Notes under the pieces: model-generated
The model's database searches: none
Seen by the model: only the letters and a program-made list of their open reading frames with translations
What the model was told of the DNA's origin: nothing
Part shown: in pieces, positions 61,382 through 64,000 of the stretch
How positions within the stretch are numbered: position 1 is the stretch's first letter
How the letters are laid out: every line of letters begins with the position of its first letter
Made by a program: the position numbers and the translations under genes
Assembly: GCA_951406725.2 (NCBI GenBank)
Contig: OX597819.1
Span: 134,974,001-135,038,000, forward strand
DNA from: Octopus vulgaris
Taxonomy: Eukaryota
DNA: 64,000 nt
Direction of reading: 5' to 3'

Positions 61382-62710
61382 TTTTTTTTTTAATACATTA
61401 ATTTACATAAAACCAGCAGAAAAAACTGCCCAGCTGGTTGCTAATTTTATCATGTCTTGCAAACAATTTGCACATGCAAGTGCTACCAGTTAAAAGCTCC
61501 GTATACCGGAAGCTAGCAAGTGTATGGGGTCATCAGGAGAGAATGCGCGCCGTTTCGGGGCCTACCTCTCGACGGCATCAATGCGCACCGGCCCCACTCA
61601 CTGATATGAGGCCCCGATTGCTAGATCAGCTGGTTATGAAGAACTCAATATACTTCTAGCCATCGTTCATCGTCTCTTTTTAACCAAATCCAGTGGCTAG
61701 CCTTCTCCACTGTAGATTGGATATCAGTCATGGTGGTATTGACTTTATGATGAGTTAGGCCTAACGATAACAACAGTCGTCTCACGCTGTGTCCTACAAA
61801 CCCTCTACATCCGACTTCGATAGGAAAATGTTCCGCTTTCCAGCCTGCGTCTTCACATTCCTCGAGGAGGTTTTCATAACGGTTTAATTTTCGAGCTCGA
61901 GCGGCGTCCATATTATCTTCGTGAGGAACCGTTAGCTCGACTATATTTACAACTTTCTTTCTTTCACACCACATCAAAATATCTGGTTTTTTCGAAACTG
62001 GGATGGGAAAGAAAACCTGGCACCCAGGTAAATCTGCAGTTACCTCCCAATAGCCGTTCCACTTTTCATTTTTCTCAGGAATTTTCTTGATCTTCTTCTT
62101 GAAACGGATCCGCTGACCTGGTCGCACGAAGGTAATGAAATCTCTAGATGGTACTTTTAACGATTTTTCCTCAGTGTTGTTGAGATGAATTTGGTTCTTT
62201 ATAGCATTGAAGATAACCTTAAGAACCAAGTTGTGCCTCCATGTATACCTGTTCAATGCTAATGAACAGTTGGAAAGAATATGTTTTAGTGTACCGACCT
62301 TTCCACATTTGCAAATGTCATTCTCTAAGACGTTCCATCTTACTAGATTCGTAGGTGATGGCAAAATTTTATAAGATGAACGAATCAGGAAACTCAGCCG
62401 AGATGTCGTCCACTTCCACATCTCATCCCAACTTATCTTCCTCTCAACAACATGTTCTTCCCATCTCGTCATCTGACCTTGATGAACACATCGGATCAAA
62501 TGAAGCTCTCTTCTCTCTGCTTCTCTTGTTTTGACGCTGTTGCTAACAACAGATCTGCGTTCACACGGCATCATGCTTGCAAACGGTCTGAACTGATCTG
62601 CGCCAAAACCAAATCCTTTCCGATGGTTCTGCGTTACTCCCACCATATCTCTGTGTATTAGAGAAGACAAGATGTCGTCAGTTTCTGCTTCTGCTTTCCA
62701 ATATTTGCAA
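61382..62710 (-). mobile_element. HERO-like (R2 group, RLE) non-LTR retrotransposon, 5'-truncated, ORF end intact
   Basis: ORF 61645-62670 has the CCHC knuckle CKCG...LKHILSNC, RYTWRHN, KKPDI, ELTVPHE and EVGCRGF. Poly(A) at 61382-61391. Confidence 0.9.
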
Positions 62711-62904
62711 ATTTAATTCCTGATGTGTGTAATTTTTCAGTATGTTACATCTAATTTTCTTTTGAATCCTTTACTTGTCTAATAGTGCTCACTTGTTCAG
62801 TAAATTTAGGGCATAACTACAGAATTGTGCCTCCAAAAAGTTCTTTCCTCATAACTTTCTGAAAAATAGATATTTATTTATGATAGTTTTTACAAATATA
62901 TTTC

Positions 62905-63500
62905 AGATGATGTAGATCACTATTATATGAGAATATGCGGTGAAACCATTTTGGAAGAGACTGGCTTGGCTGGCTTTATGCTCTTGCTTGATGGTTCTTG
63001 GGTCATTCCAAGTTAGTGGTTCCAGAGGTGTCATCATATGTTGAGCCAACCAGGTCCACCAATGCTTTCCATTGCTAGAAGCCTTGTGCCAGCCCCTCTG
63101 CATCCTCCAAGGTGACTTTGAGCCTCTGGATATCTTCTCCAATCACATCCAGCCATCTGGGGCAGGGTCTGCCATGAAGCCTCTTCCTGCCTGAAATTGT
63201 AAAGTTCTGGTAGGATGATCTACCAGGAGATAAAGAACATATCCATACTGGCACGTGCAATGGACAGCTATGAGGTGGGAGGCTGCAGGATGGTGTGTGC
63301 ACACATGCAGTTCCTTATTGGAAATATAGTGGTACCATCTGATGTCCTTGATGATTCTCAGTCCCCACCCCGCCCCTACTGAAGCATTCAATCCTCTTTG
63401 CCAGGGTCTTCTGCGCCATAGAGGAGAATGGAGAGGACCAATGCATTGTAGATGCAGTGATGCCAGAAGGGCTTTGATATGGAGTACACACCCCCAGCAG
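62905..63500 (-). mobile_element. Second-family RTE-like LINE 3' relic
   Basis: LRII..IRW....SN.EL and GRP.PRWLDVI..D. Confidence 0.65.
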
Positions 63501-63829
63501 CCAGAAATTTAAGATAATTTACACATCTCAATTTTGTTTCCTCATAGCTTTCAGAAAAACGAGTATTTTTTATGGAAATTTTCTATATATAATTTTCAGG
63601 TTCCTATATAAATAGAAATTTAATGTGTAAGAAATATGGTGGGAAACATATTTCATGCATCTTAATTTTGTTTCCTTGTTTTTATGATTCAATTATAACT
63701 ATACTGAAAAGAAATTACTTTTGAAACCCATGTGATCGCTGTTATTTCTAGCATACTAAATGATCATGTATAGGATAGTCAGGTGAGTATAGAGGATGTG
63801 GATTTTTTTTCTTTAGTTTGTTTTCAAGA

Positions 63830-64000
63830 GTGAGGCCATGCATTGACAAGCTGGAGAATAACACCTTTTCTGGCCACTTTCAACACAATTTTTCATTTAC
63901 ACGATCAAGTTGTTGGCAACAGACATCTGCATTGTTGTTCTTTCCATGTTCTGGTAGCTCATAATGGACAATACTCTTCATGTTCCACCAAATATAAAGC
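63830..64000 (-). mobile_element. mariner transposase fragment
   Basis: LYIWWNMKSIVHYEL...NADVCCQQLDRV. Confidence 0.7.

Overview
Eukaryotic, AT-rich, transposon-dense DNA. The mix of (ATG)n-tailed RTE LINEs, tRNA-derived SINEs and (TA)n/(CA)n microsatellites resembles an Octopus (coleoid cephalopod) genome; this is an inference. Two convergent multi-exon genes can be reconstructed by hand. (1) Plus strand: a Tectonic-family ciliary transition-zone gene, most like TCTN2, with 10 exons from <1 to the stop at 40775. All splice phases chain correctly (about 720 codons in the window) and the CxCDL..CD.NCCCDxDC and S(E)NPGY..G.P motifs are present. (2) Minus strand: the last four coding exons (61279 to 44378) of an unidentified gene whose low-complexity tail has 13 tandem PRG(M/A) units and ends in ...SESEI*. 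The introns hold many RTE copies (with a PHD-type finger inside ORF2), a Tc1 DD34E element, mariner relics, a hAT with an 8-bp TSD, several Helitrons (some nested), a young HERO-like non-LTR fragment, Gypsy and Penelope-like relics, and three SINE families. The best leads are a type I hammerhead ribozyme in the sense strand of an intron (60358-60445), the synonymous-only PRGM repeat, inverted repeats that could form dsRNA next to exons, and a genomic Glu at the usually conserved Gly of SGNPGY that a single A-to-I edit would restore. I found no rRNA, true tRNA genes or CRISPR arrays. TE boundaries without a stated TSD or TIR are approximate.
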